From positions 1 to 41,143 of the forward strand of contig JBGSLP010000072.1 of NCBI GenBank assembly GCA_041740655.1: a stretch of DNA of 41,143 nucleotides. Direction: 5' to 3'. The number at the start of each line of letters is the position of its first letter. Position 1 is the stretch's first letter. Positions 8,222 to 15,627 of this stretch are shown in pieces. Below the pieces are notes generated by a model. It saw only the letters and a program-made list of their open reading frames with translations. It was not told the DNA's origin and did no database searches. The translations under genes and the position numbers were made by a program. Source of the stretch: Alphaproteobacteria bacterium (lineage in GTDB: Bacteria > Pseudomonadota > Alphaproteobacteria > Rhizobiales > Rhodomicrobiaceae).

Positions 8222-9061
8222 TTAAGGGGTTCCAAAAAGCGCACGCCAGCGCTGGCGCCACGTCTGTGCCGCGTTGAAATCCCTGACAATCTGAAGCCAT
8301 TCACCGAAAACAATGCGGAATGGGTTCTGTGAGCTCACCGGCTTGACGAGACCATAACGCAGCGGTTCATCTTCAGGCGGGACTGCGAATGTGCCGAACA
8401 GGCGGTCGTAGATAATCAACATGCCTCCGTAATTCTTATCCAAACACGCGTCGTTGGAGGCGTGGTGCACCCTGTGATGGCGCGGCGTGTTAAGCACCCA
8501 CTCCAGAGGCCCTAAGTGAGGCGCAAGCTCGGTATGAATGAAGAACTGATACCCAAGATTGACCGCGAGCATGGCCAGCACGGCTAACGGATGAAACCCA
8601 ATCCAGACCAGAGGCAAAAAGAACAGAAAGTTGCCGGAGATGGAGCCTGTCCAACCGAGACGTATGGCGGCTGTGTAATTCAGCTTTCGCGGTGAATGAT
8701 GCACAGCATGCGTCGCCCATAGCCAGCGGATGCGGTGCGCGGCGCGATGATGCCAGTAATAAAAAAACTCGCTGCTGAGAAAGAGGGCGGCGACTGTCCA
8801 GGCTTGGTTCAGGTCAATGTCGAACAGCCGATACTGGTAGGCAAGCGCAAAAGGTACGGCGAGGAGGGCGGCCTCCAGCGGGCGGATAAACTTGCTTCCC
8901 GCCGCAATAGCTAGAGACGCCGCGCTTTCCTTGAGGTCATGGCTATCGCGGTCGGCAAGTTTTGACAGTCCATATTCCAGCGCCATGAAACCAATGGCAA
9001 TCACCGGCGCAATCATGCGCAAGTCGCCGCCGACAATGCAGGATAATGTGAGGTCGATCAT
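8222..9061 (-). CDS. Fatty acid hydroxylase / sterol desaturase superfamily membrane di-iron enzyme
   Basis: His boxes are HHRAAH, HAVHH and HHRVHH, with hydrophobic segments between them. The internal ATG at 9061 (MIDLTL) is preferred because the longer ORF overlaps the upstream gene. Confidence 0.8.
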   Translation of the reverse strand: MIDLTLSCIVGGDLRMIAPVIAIGFMALEYGLSKLADRDSHDLKESAASLAIAAGSKFIRPLEAALLAVPFALAYQYRLFDIDLNQAWTVAALFLSSEFFYYWHHRAAHRIRWLWATHAVHHSPRKLNYTAAIRLGWTGSISGNFLFFLPLVWIGFHPLAVLAMLAVNLGYQFFIHTELAPHLGPLEWVLNTPRHHRVHHASNDACLDKNYGGMLIIYDRLFGTFAVPPEDEPLRYGLVKPVSSQNPFRIVFGEWLQIVRDFNAAQTWRQRWRALFGTP

Positions 9062-9132
9062 AGCAAACCTTAATGTCGTTTTGAATAGCCGCCGCCGCGC
9101 GGGAGTTTCGCAAGCGGCGGCGATTTGAGCGG

Positions 9133-9516
9133 TTAGTATCGTCGGTAGCTCCCCGACCACGAAGAGTCACCGCGCGGGCCAGAACGTCCGCCGCTGTAGG
9201 CGCAGCGCCCGTCATGGCAAGAGCCGGAACCGCCAAAGTGGGCTGATCCATTCGGACCTGACACAGTGCCGTGTCGCCGCCAGCCGTAAGGCGTGCGAAC
9301 AAGGGTTCCGCGTCGCGTCCAGACCCGTCCGCCAGGGCCAACGACAGTGCGTTTCGTGTAGCAAACATCGCCGTTGCATTCGCGCGTGACGCGGGTGTCC
9401 CATCGCCCGCCGTGAGGGCCATAGAATGTCCCACCACGTTCATAGGCGCTGGCGTCTCCTGCTATGGAAGCTAGAGCGCCAACCGCTAGAAGGGCGGCCA
9501 CCATCAGGTTTCTCAT
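9133..9516 (-). CDS. Small secreted Gly/Cys-repeat protein, paralog B
   Basis: The signal peptide ends in GDASA. The mature part carries GP-x-G and C-x3/4-C motifs and ends in WSGSYRRY. GGGAGA lies upstream of the ATG. It is clearly alignable to the adjacent gene 9541..9930. Confidence 0.6.
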   Translation of the reverse strand: MRNLMVAALLAVGALASIAGDASAYERGGTFYGPHGGRWDTRVTRECNGDVCYTKRTVVGPGGRVWTRRGTLVRTPYGWRRHGTVSGPNGSAHFGGSGSCHDGRCAYSGGRSGPRGDSSWSGSYRRY

Positions 9517-9540
9517 GGTTTTATCTCCCTGCGGTTTGCG

Positions 9541-9930
9541 TTAGTAGCGGGAGCCGCTGCCGGACCACGTCGATGTGCCAGCCGGACCAGTGCGCCCGCC
9601 GCTGTACGAGCATGTGCCGCCCGAACACTGGCCTGAGCCGCCATAGGTTGCGGAATTTCCGCCAGGGCCGGTTACTGAACCTTGACGGCTGTAACCGCCC
9701 TCGCCGTCACGCGTGACTCTGCCCTGACGGTTGTAGATGTTACCCTGGGGACCTGTGATAGTGCGGCTGCGGCTGCATGTGCCGCCGGAGCAGCTACCTT
9801 GAGCTTCGCCCGAAAAGGTGTTGCCCCGCGGGCCGGTGACTGATCCATTGCGTTCCCACGCACTTGCGTCAGCAGCGAAAAGCGCGGCGGTGGAGGCGGC
9901 AAGCGTCGCTGCTATAATAAACTTTCTCAT
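9541..9930 (-). CDS. Small secreted Gly/Cys-repeat protein, paralog A
   Basis: The signal peptide MRKFIIAATLAASTAALFAADASA starts at ATG 9930, preceded by GGAG at about 7 nt. The mature part is two units of about 44 aa, each GSVTGP-x-G...G-x-C-SGGTC-S...TGP-x-G, and ends in WSGSGSRY. Confidence 0.6.
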   Translation of the reverse strand: MRKFIIAATLAASTAALFAADASAWERNGSVTGPRGNTFSGEAQGSCSGGTCSRSRTITGPQGNIYNRQGRVTRDGEGGYSRQGSVTGPGGNSATYGGSGQCSGGTCSYSGGRTGPAGTSTWSGSGSRY

Positions 9931-10034
9931 GATAGTCTCCATTGGGTTTATGGGATTGGTTCCCCGTGCACCACGGAACCTGACAGCTGCGTTTTGCTCG
10001 CGTTGGCCAATGACGAAACGTTTTTTTGTGATTA

Positions 10035-10060
10035 GTTACAAACACGTAACTTTTTGTAAC
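10035..10060. promoter_or_regulatory. Inverted repeat GTTACAAA-N10-TTTGTAAC containing GTAAC direct repeats spaced 10 bp
   Basis: GTTACAAA lies at 10035-10042 and TTTGTAAC at 10053-10060. GTAAC occurs at 10046-10050 and 10056-10060. The site sits in the 180 bp divergent region between the secreted-protein operon and the response-regulator gene. Confidence 0.3.
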
Positions 10061-10110
10061 GCGCACAGATCGCGACTTGCTTTTCTGTTCCTCGCGTTTA
10101 TCGTTCCGGT

Positions 10111-10833
10111 ATGTCCGCCTTGAACGACGCGCTCATTCTTGTGATCGAGGACGACGAAGAAATTCGGCGTTTGATCAAGGATTTGCTCGAACGCGAGGGC
10201 TTTGGAGTTGAAACGGCGGACACAGGCGAAGCCGCGACCGCCCGTCTCGCCCGTAACAGGCCTGATCTTGTTATTTTGGATTTGATGCTTCCGGGTGAGG
10301 ACGGCCTATCGATTTGCCGACGTTTGCGCAGTGGCGACACTCTTCCCATCCTGATGCTGACCGCCAAGAGCGATCCGGTAGACCGCGTCGTCGGCTTGGA
10401 AATGGGCGCCGACGATTATTTAACGAAGCCTTTCAATCCGCGCGAATTGCTTGCCCGGGTGCGCGCCATTCTACGGCGCAGCAAAGGCGGCCAAGAGGCA
10501 AACGGCAATCGTCGCTATGGTTTCGAGGGCTTTATCATTGATCTGGACGCCCGAACGCTCGTCGGCGACGCTGGCGAACCCATATTTCTCACCAGCGCCG
10601 AATTTGACCTGCTTGGCTGCTTTATTTTGCGGCCACGCCGCGTGCTCTCCCGCGATCAATTGCTGGACTGGACGCGGGGACGCATGGCCGATCCGCTCGA
10701 CCGCACCATCGATATGTCGATCTCACGTCTGCGGAAGAAAATCGAAGTTGTAAGCCCAGGTATCAACCTGATCTCCACCATTCGAAACAACGGTTACCTG
10801 TTCGTGCCCGCTGTCAAACAGCTGAGTACATGA
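10111..10833 (+). CDS. OmpR/PhoB-family response regulator
   Basis: The receiver domain shows LVIEDDEEI, DLVILDLMLPGEDG and the KPF motif. The winged-helix output domain shows LTSAEFDLL...RTIDMSISRLRKKI...IRNNGY. Confidence 0.9.
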   Translation: MSALNDALILVIEDDEEIRRLIKDLLEREGFGVETADTGEAATARLARNRPDLVILDLMLPGEDGLSICRRLRSGDTLPILMLTAKSDPVDRVVGLEMGADDYLTKPFNPRELLARVRAILRRSKGGQEANGNRRYGFEGFIIDLDARTLVGDAGEPIFLTSAEFDLLGCFILRPRRVLSRDQLLDWTRGRMADPLDRTIDMSISRLRKKIEVVSPGINLISTIRNNGYLFVPAVKQLST

Positions 10834-12203
10834 TGCGCCTTGGTTTTGGCTCCCGGCTGGCCGTTATCGTCGTTATTAGCCTGCTGGCAATTCAGCTTCT
10901 CGCAATTCTCGCCTATTTCATGCAACGCGGGCGCTACACGGACACGGGTTTTCGTATGCCTCTGCCCGATCAAGTTGCGGCGATCGTCGAACTTATGGAG
11001 AAGTCCACTGGCCAAACTGAGCGCCAGGCCGTCTTGCGCGCCCTGAACGGCCCCAATCAGCGCGTGCGCATAACAGCCGGCAAGGCCGAGACGCCGCCGC
11101 CAGAAAGCTGGCAGCAATCTCCATTCGTTGAGCGCACCTTGAAGCGTTATCTGAACGCGCTCGGAGAACGGCGGGTTACCGTGCTGGTGGAGAAACAGCT
11201 TGGCCCATTGGAAAGACGAAAGTGGCTGAACTACGCGTCTCCAGCGGCGATCGAAGTTCAGGTTGTAATGCTGACGGGAGAAACGCTTCTCGTAAATTCA
11301 ACAGGCTGGCTGTCGATCAACATTTTCGGCTTTCCGCCGGGCTTTTGGGCGGGGGTGGGCGGGGTGATTATTGCGCTTGTGACCATCATCATTGTCCGAC
11401 GTGAAGCGCAACCGTTGCGCAGTCTGGCACAAGCGGTCGACTCCATGAAGCTGGATGGCGAAGGCGGGCCGGCCCCCGATGCGCCAAAAAGCGCTCCTGA
11501 AATCCGTGCGCTCATTGCCGCCTTTAATCGCATGCAGGAACGCATCGCCAAGCTTTTGCGCGACCGCATGGCGCTGGTGGGCGGCATCTCGCACGATCTT
11601 CGCACCTACGCGACCCGGCTTCGACTGCGGGCAGACAAAATCCCCGATGATGGCGAACGCGGCAAAGCCGTTCGGGACATCGACGACATGATCAAGCTAC
11701 TCGATAACGCGCTGCTTGCGATGAAGGACGGCATCGCGGTTCAGGCCGAGGAACTCGTCGACATGTCGGAAATTTTGAATCGTGAGGTTGAAGATCGTCA
11801 GTTGCATGGCTCCGCCGTGTCGCTTCGTATTGATGGGGACGGCAAGCCATTGCTCGTTCTTGGCGACGCCCTTGCGCTACGCCGCATGGTGTCAAATGTC
11901 ACCGAGAACGCTATTCTATACGGCGAACGGGCCGCAATCAGCGCCTGGTTAAGCTCAGAAGACATTATGATAACTGTTGCCGACTATGGACCGGGAATAC
12001 GACCCGAGTTTAGGAAGCAGGTCACCGAGCCATTCATGCGGCTTGAAGCGTCCCGTAACCGCGAAACTGGAGGCGCAGGGCTCGGACTGTCTATCGCGAA
12101 GAATGCGGCGGAATCCCATGGCGGTTCTCTGAAAATTGGCGACGCCGATACCGGGGGAGCGCTTATAACGATCTCACTGCCTGTTTTCAGATTTGCCACG
12201 TAG
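10830..12203 (+). CDS. Sensor histidine kinase (two TM segments, periplasmic loop, HAMP, HisKA, HATPase_c)
   Basis: ATGA overlap with the regulator gene. The H-box reads GGISHDLRTYAT. N/G boxes read VTENAILYG, DYGPGI and GGAGLGLSIA. About 150 aa separate the two hydrophobic segments. Confidence 0.9.
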   Translation: MMRLGFGSRLAVIVVISLLAIQLLAILAYFMQRGRYTDTGFRMPLPDQVAAIVELMEKSTGQTERQAVLRALNGPNQRVRITAGKAETPPPESWQQSPFVERTLKRYLNALGERRVTVLVEKQLGPLERRKWLNYASPAAIEVQVVMLTGETLLVNSTGWLSINIFGFPPGFWAGVGGVIIALVTIIIVRREAQPLRSLAQAVDSMKLDGEGGPAPDAPKSAPEIRALIAAFNRMQERIAKLLRDRMALVGGISHDLRTYATRLRLRADKIPDDGERGKAVRDIDDMIKLLDNALLAMKDGIAVQAEELVDMSEILNREVEDRQLHGSAVSLRIDGDGKPLLVLGDALALRRMVSNVTENAILYGERAAISAWLSSEDIMITVADYGPGIRPEFRKQVTEPFMRLEASRNRETGGAGLGLSIAKNAAESHGGSLKIGDADTGGALITISLPVFRFAT

Positions 12204-12208
12204 GACTT

Positions 12209-12680
12209 TGAGTTCACCCCAGCTGAACTGCACGGGTTTGCCGGGGACTGACTGACGTTAATTACTCGCCATGGCTTCAGTTTTCCAGAGCTACGTAGTC
12301 GTTGGTCGCTGCTTCGGCGGGTGAGATATTCCCGATCGGCTCGAGCGGGCGACTGGTGTTGAACCCAGTCTACCCATGCACGCGGCGCGTCTTCCACGGC
12401 CTCGAAGTTGCGCCAAGGGCCGCGTTGGTGGATAATTTCGGCTTTGAAGAGGCCATTGATCGTCTCAGTCAAGGCGTTGTTATAACTGTCGCCGACGCTG
12501 CCGCCCAAAGGTTTCATGCCTACCTTGACCAGCTGTTCGGTGGCAGGGGTTCGGCAGCATGTCGCAAATCGGCTCGACCCCGTGCGCACCTCGATAGTCG
12601 TCTTCGATAAAATTCACCATCACTTCGTCGGCTTCTGGCGGCATATTGCAGTGATGCTTGGGCTGTCAGCGGAACTATGG
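12209..12680 (-). mobile_element. IS3-family insertion-sequence remnant (transposase with internal deletion and frameshift; one TG... terminus)
   Basis: The reverse reading gives an orfB N-terminus-like VMVNFIEDDYRGAHGVEPICDMLP. It is joined directly to the C-terminal ATEQLVKVGMKPLGGSVGDSYNNALTETINGLFKAEIIHQRGPWRNFEAVE...WVDW, so most of the DDE core is missing. A 1-nt frame change then leads to FNTSRPLEPIGNISPAEAATNDYVALEN-stop at 12277. A TGAGTTCACCCC end lies 5 nt after the kinase stop. Confidence 0.6.
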
Positions 12681-12686
12681 CGATTA

Positions 12687-13970
12687 TTAGCATGATCCTA
12701 TTGGAGCGCCGTCAGCGACGAATACCGGCGCGAAGCCGCCGCCCTCAGTTCGGAAGTTGGTTGTTTGACCTTGATACAAGCGCGCTGCAATCAACTGAAT
12801 CTTGCCGTCATAGGTGTAGTTGCGAAAGTCCGCTTTTAAATTCTTCTCCTTTCCATCAACGAGAATTTTCCGCGTGCTTGGCTTGATAACCTTTTGGGCT
12901 ACGTAGTTCGCATTCAGTATCTCGGCCCAGACTCGACGCGTAATCTTATCGCCTCGATACGCCGCTTTGCCGCCGTACCCGGCACTTGGCTTGAAAAACC
13001 ATTGATCACGTGCACTCCACAGATCGTCGGCGGATCCTGACGTCACCGTGACCGTGAGGGGAATGCCGGCATGGAGCACACTGACCAGGTCGTTAGACAC
13101 GCTCCAACTTCGCAGTAGATCGGTGTCGCTTAAGAGCACGAGATTGGACTTGTTCGCGTAGATGGCATGGGTCCACGGGTTGGGCGTAACAACGACATCT
13201 CCGGCCAAATAAGCGCTGCGAAGCACGAGGTTCTCGGTTTCCTCCAAAGGAAAGTCCGTCAGCCTGTTGTAAACGAGATCGACGCGCTGCTCTGCGCACC
13301 ACAATCGACCGTCGCGATGCGTAAGTTCGGTAGGTGACGCAATGATTGCCCTGATATCGTGTTTTTCGAACAGCCGCTGGAACAATACAAATTCAGGATA
13401 AAGGTACTGTTCGCGAGGTGCATGATCCACGATGGCGATTGTCTGAAGTTGTTCAGCACGGCCCTGTAATCGCCATTCAGCATCGAAACTTCGAACGAAG
13501 TCAAAGCATAGGGTATCTAAGTTACTTCGCATAGATTCTGCAAGATCGATATCATTGCAGCAAGCCCGCTGAGCCTGCAACAAGTAGGCGTTGATAAGCG
13601 CACCACCCGCATTTGTATTGATCTCGATCAGCATGGGCCCGTCGGCGCCCAAATGAAAATCATATCCCATGAAGACGCCAACGGGGCCGGGCCGATACCG
13701 CGCGATTTCCGTAGCCTGCCCAAGCACGACCGACTGGTATTGCGGCAAACGTGCTATCGCCTCGATGGCCAAGATGATCTGCAGCATCCGCTCAGCGTGC
13801 GCTTTTGTCAGGAATACTGGTTGAGCCGATAGCAGATGAGGATGGCTCCACGCCAATGCGCGGCAAAATTCCGGATCGCCGACCGCCATTTCAAGCGCCT
13901 GAGAAAGCGCAACACGATCGAGCGTCACGCAGGTGCAATCCGTATTGAGGCGCTCGATATCGTTACTCAT
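12687..13970 (-). CDS. Circularly permuted ATP-grasp protein (glutathionylspermidine-synthetase-like fold), function unknown
   Basis: The E-x-N metal/ATP motif comes early (YDFHLGADGPMLIEINTNAGG, about aa 105-125). The Lys/Gly-rich segment comes late (FFKPSAGYGGKAAYRG, about aa 335). The tail reads DFRNYTYDGKIQLIAARLYQGQTTNFRTEGGGFAPV. This motif order is reversed relative to classical ATP-grasp enzymes. The gene is AT-richer than the surrounding core genes. Confidence 0.6.
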   Translation of the reverse strand: MSNDIERLNTDCTCVTLDRVALSQALEMAVGDPEFCRALAWSHPHLLSAQPVFLTKAHAERMLQIILAIEAIARLPQYQSVVLGQATEIARYRPGPVGVFMGYDFHLGADGPMLIEINTNAGGALINAYLLQAQRACCNDIDLAESMRSNLDTLCFDFVRSFDAEWRLQGRAEQLQTIAIVDHAPREQYLYPEFVLFQRLFEKHDIRAIIASPTELTHRDGRLWCAEQRVDLVYNRLTDFPLEETENLVLRSAYLAGDVVVTPNPWTHAIYANKSNLVLLSDTDLLRSWSVSNDLVSVLHAGIPLTVTVTSGSADDLWSARDQWFFKPSAGYGGKAAYRGDKITRRVWAEILNANYVAQKVIKPSTRKILVDGKEKNLKADFRNYTYDGKIQLIAARLYQGQTTNFRTEGGGFAPVFVADGAPIGSC

Positions 13971-14234
13971 GGCGACCGCTCCGCGTACTCAAACTATAGC
14001 ATGGTCAATCAGTGGCAGACACTGGCCATAGAGACATTTATCCCGTTGCTTCGCGAAACATGGTGCATCTGACGCCTGCGAGGGCAACACGGCTAACCGG
14101 ATGCGTCTCCGTTTAGCAACCGATGGAAGGTCGGGCGCCGCCACCTGATTGTTCACGTCGCGCCAAGCGTTTCCTGTCGTATCAGTTGATGCGTCGGGTA
14201 GCGCTGCGGCGTGTTGGCCTCATTGTCAAGGCGT

Positions 14235-14330
14235 TCAGCATGCGACCGTCAGCAGCCCCGTTCCAACCAGCGCGATGACTTGCGCAAGAAGTAAGCGGCG
14301 ATAGGTTCTGTTGAGAAGCGGTTCAAACAT
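14235..14330 (-). pseudogene. N-terminal 31-codon fragment of an MFS-type transporter
   Basis: The sequence is MFEPLLNRTYRRLLLAQVIALVGTGLLTVAC-stop. N-R-x-Y/F-R-x-L...AQ-x-I-S/A-x-x-G is a common MFS N-terminus. No continuation is found in any frame. Confidence 0.3.
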
Positions 14331-14418
14331 GGCGGCTTCCTGGCCGGATTTCGAAATCCCGGCACTCTCGATCCGCTCGTGGCCGGAAGCCTGGGGGCAT
14401 CGGTTCCCCTGTGAGTGA

Positions 14419-14640
14419 CGTTCCCGCCGTGCTTTTTTCCTCTTTCTGGGCGGGCCTTATGTTGAGGCGGTCCGCGGCAATAAGGCGCTCGCCGCCAGTC
14501 TCTCCGCCAGTCTCTCCGCCGTCACCGCCGCCGTGGTCGGCGTCATCCTCAATCTCGCGTTTTGGTTCGCCTTGCATGTCTGGGCCGGCGAGGTGCGCGA
14601 GTGGCGCGACTTCGGCCTTGGCTGCGCTGACGCCCCTGGT
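14419..14640 (+). pseudogene. chrA: Internal/C-terminal fragment of a chromate transporter (ChrA family)
   Basis: An open frame without ATG reads FFLFLGGPYVEAVRGNKALAASLSASLSAVTAAVVGVILNLAFWFALHV...FGLG. This matches the conserved ChrA C-terminal repeat (LG-x-PY...RGN-x-AL...ITAAVVGVILNLA-x-WF). The rest of the roughly 400-aa protein is absent. Confidence 0.55.
14494..14517 (+). repeat. Perfect 12-bp tandem duplication GCCAGTCTCTCC x2 inside the ChrA fragment
   Basis: Direct reading places the copies at 14494-14505 and 14506-14517. The duplication is in frame and encodes ASLS-ASLS. Confidence 0.9.
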
Positions 14641-14727
14641 CGTTTAAACGCCCGTTGCGATAGCTACCTAGAATACCGCGCCAGATTGCAGCTTTCGCCT
14701 TAAGTCTTTGTTCTTATTCTGGAAATC

Positions 14728-14770
14728 TGGTGAGCCCAAATGGATTCGAACCATCGACCTACTGATTAAA
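14728..14770 (-). other. tRNA-Lys-like 3' fragment (anticodon loop to CCA)
   Basis: The reverse complement reads TCTTTAA-TCAGT-AGGTC-GATGG-TTCGAAT-CCATT-TGGGCTC-A-CCA. The TTT anticodon context, T arm, acceptor 3' strand and CCA are recognisable. Upstream sequence lacks the 5' anticodon stem, D arm and GAGCCCA acceptor strand. Confidence 0.5.
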
Positions 14771-15265
14771 GAACGCAAAAATCTTTAGAGACCTAGCATA
14801 AACAATGACTTACACGAGCGATCGTTGCACATTCTGCCCTACTCTGCCGCGCAATGCACAGCTCATTCACGCAAAACTCACGCCCGCTGAAACTTAAAAG
14901 AACCGAACTGTGCATGTGGTTAAAGCTAATAGCGCGATCCGCAAGCGTACTCGTTAGAGTTCGACCGGGAATGATGACCACTGGCCATCACTAAATCGCG
15001 GGAAGCTGAGATCACCGTTATGAAGGTGTGGCAGTGAACCGACCCCTCCTTGTGGGGTTTTCATCCGCGCTGGGACACGGATACCACAACAATTGCGCCT
15101 TTCTCCAAAGACGCGGCGAGTGGGGCGACGAGCTTATCCGCGCGAACCAGTTAAATCTGCGCCTCGCCGACGATACGAAGGCGTTGCAAATACAAACTCC
15201 AGAATTGCGCCGAGGGAAAGAGGCGCTTTTGATCTAAATCAAAGCAGCCCATCCCAAAATGCAGT

Positions 15266-15616
15266 TTGGTAACTAGCGCTTCATCGCGGCGCATGGCGTC
15301 AGCCTGTCATACAAAACAGTCCTCGCGCATCGGTACAAAAGTGCTGAATGCTACCTCAGGCAAAAAGTCTCTCGCGGCTTCAACGTATCAACTCACGAAG
15401 ACGCTCGTCTGGCATGGCGTCAAAGCGCAGTTGAAACTGAATAAAGACAGCGACAAGAGCGACGCCGCTGCGGTGCTGTCGACCGCCGCTGAATTCGATT
15501 TCGACCTGCTTGTCATGGGCTGCTATGGGCACTCGCGCTTTCGCCAGATGTTGTTCGGCGGGGTCACCAAGCAAGTCCTTGGCAATCTCACCGTTCCCGT
15601 TCTGACCTCTCACTAA
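15266..15616 (+). CDS. Universal stress protein (UspA) family, short or N-terminally degraded
   Basis: The C-terminal half is a clear USP: WHGVKAQ...AAVLSTAAEFDFDLLVMGCYGHSRFRQMLFGGVTKQVLGNLTVPVLTSH. The N-terminal half is weakly USP-like and only a TTG start is available. Confidence 0.55.
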   Translation: MVTSASSRRMASACHTKQSSRIGTKVLNATSGKKSLAASTYQLTKTLVWHGVKAQLKLNKDSDKSDAAAVLSTAAEFDFDLLVMGCYGHSRFRQMLFGGVTKQVLGNLTVPVLTSH

Positions 15617-15627
15617 GGAGCATCGCA

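Noticed and set aside
9960-9985. Imperfect hairpin GGTTCCCCGTGCACCACGGAACC just upstream of the secreted-protein gene.
   Set aside because: It needs a 2-nt bulge and a 3-nt loop. There is no T-tract or conserved context, so it is too weak to call a regulatory element.
14009-14068. A 19-codon minus-strand ORF (MHHVSRSNGINVSMASVCH), and other tiny ORFs, upstream of the ATP-grasp gene as possible RiPP precursor peptides.
   Set aside because: There is no SD and no repeated core motif or Asp/Glu/Lys/Thr/Ser pattern expected for ATP-grasp-modified peptides. The ligase is of the GspS-like permuted type, not the graspetide type.
14323-14647. Track ORFs 14323..14577 (-) and 14411..14647 (+), which are Pro/Ser/Gly-rich and contain the repeat PPVSPPVSPP.
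   Set aside because: The repeat is simply the 12-bp tandem duplication read out of frame. The third frame gives a clear ChrA-family sequence, so these two ORFs are considered spurious.
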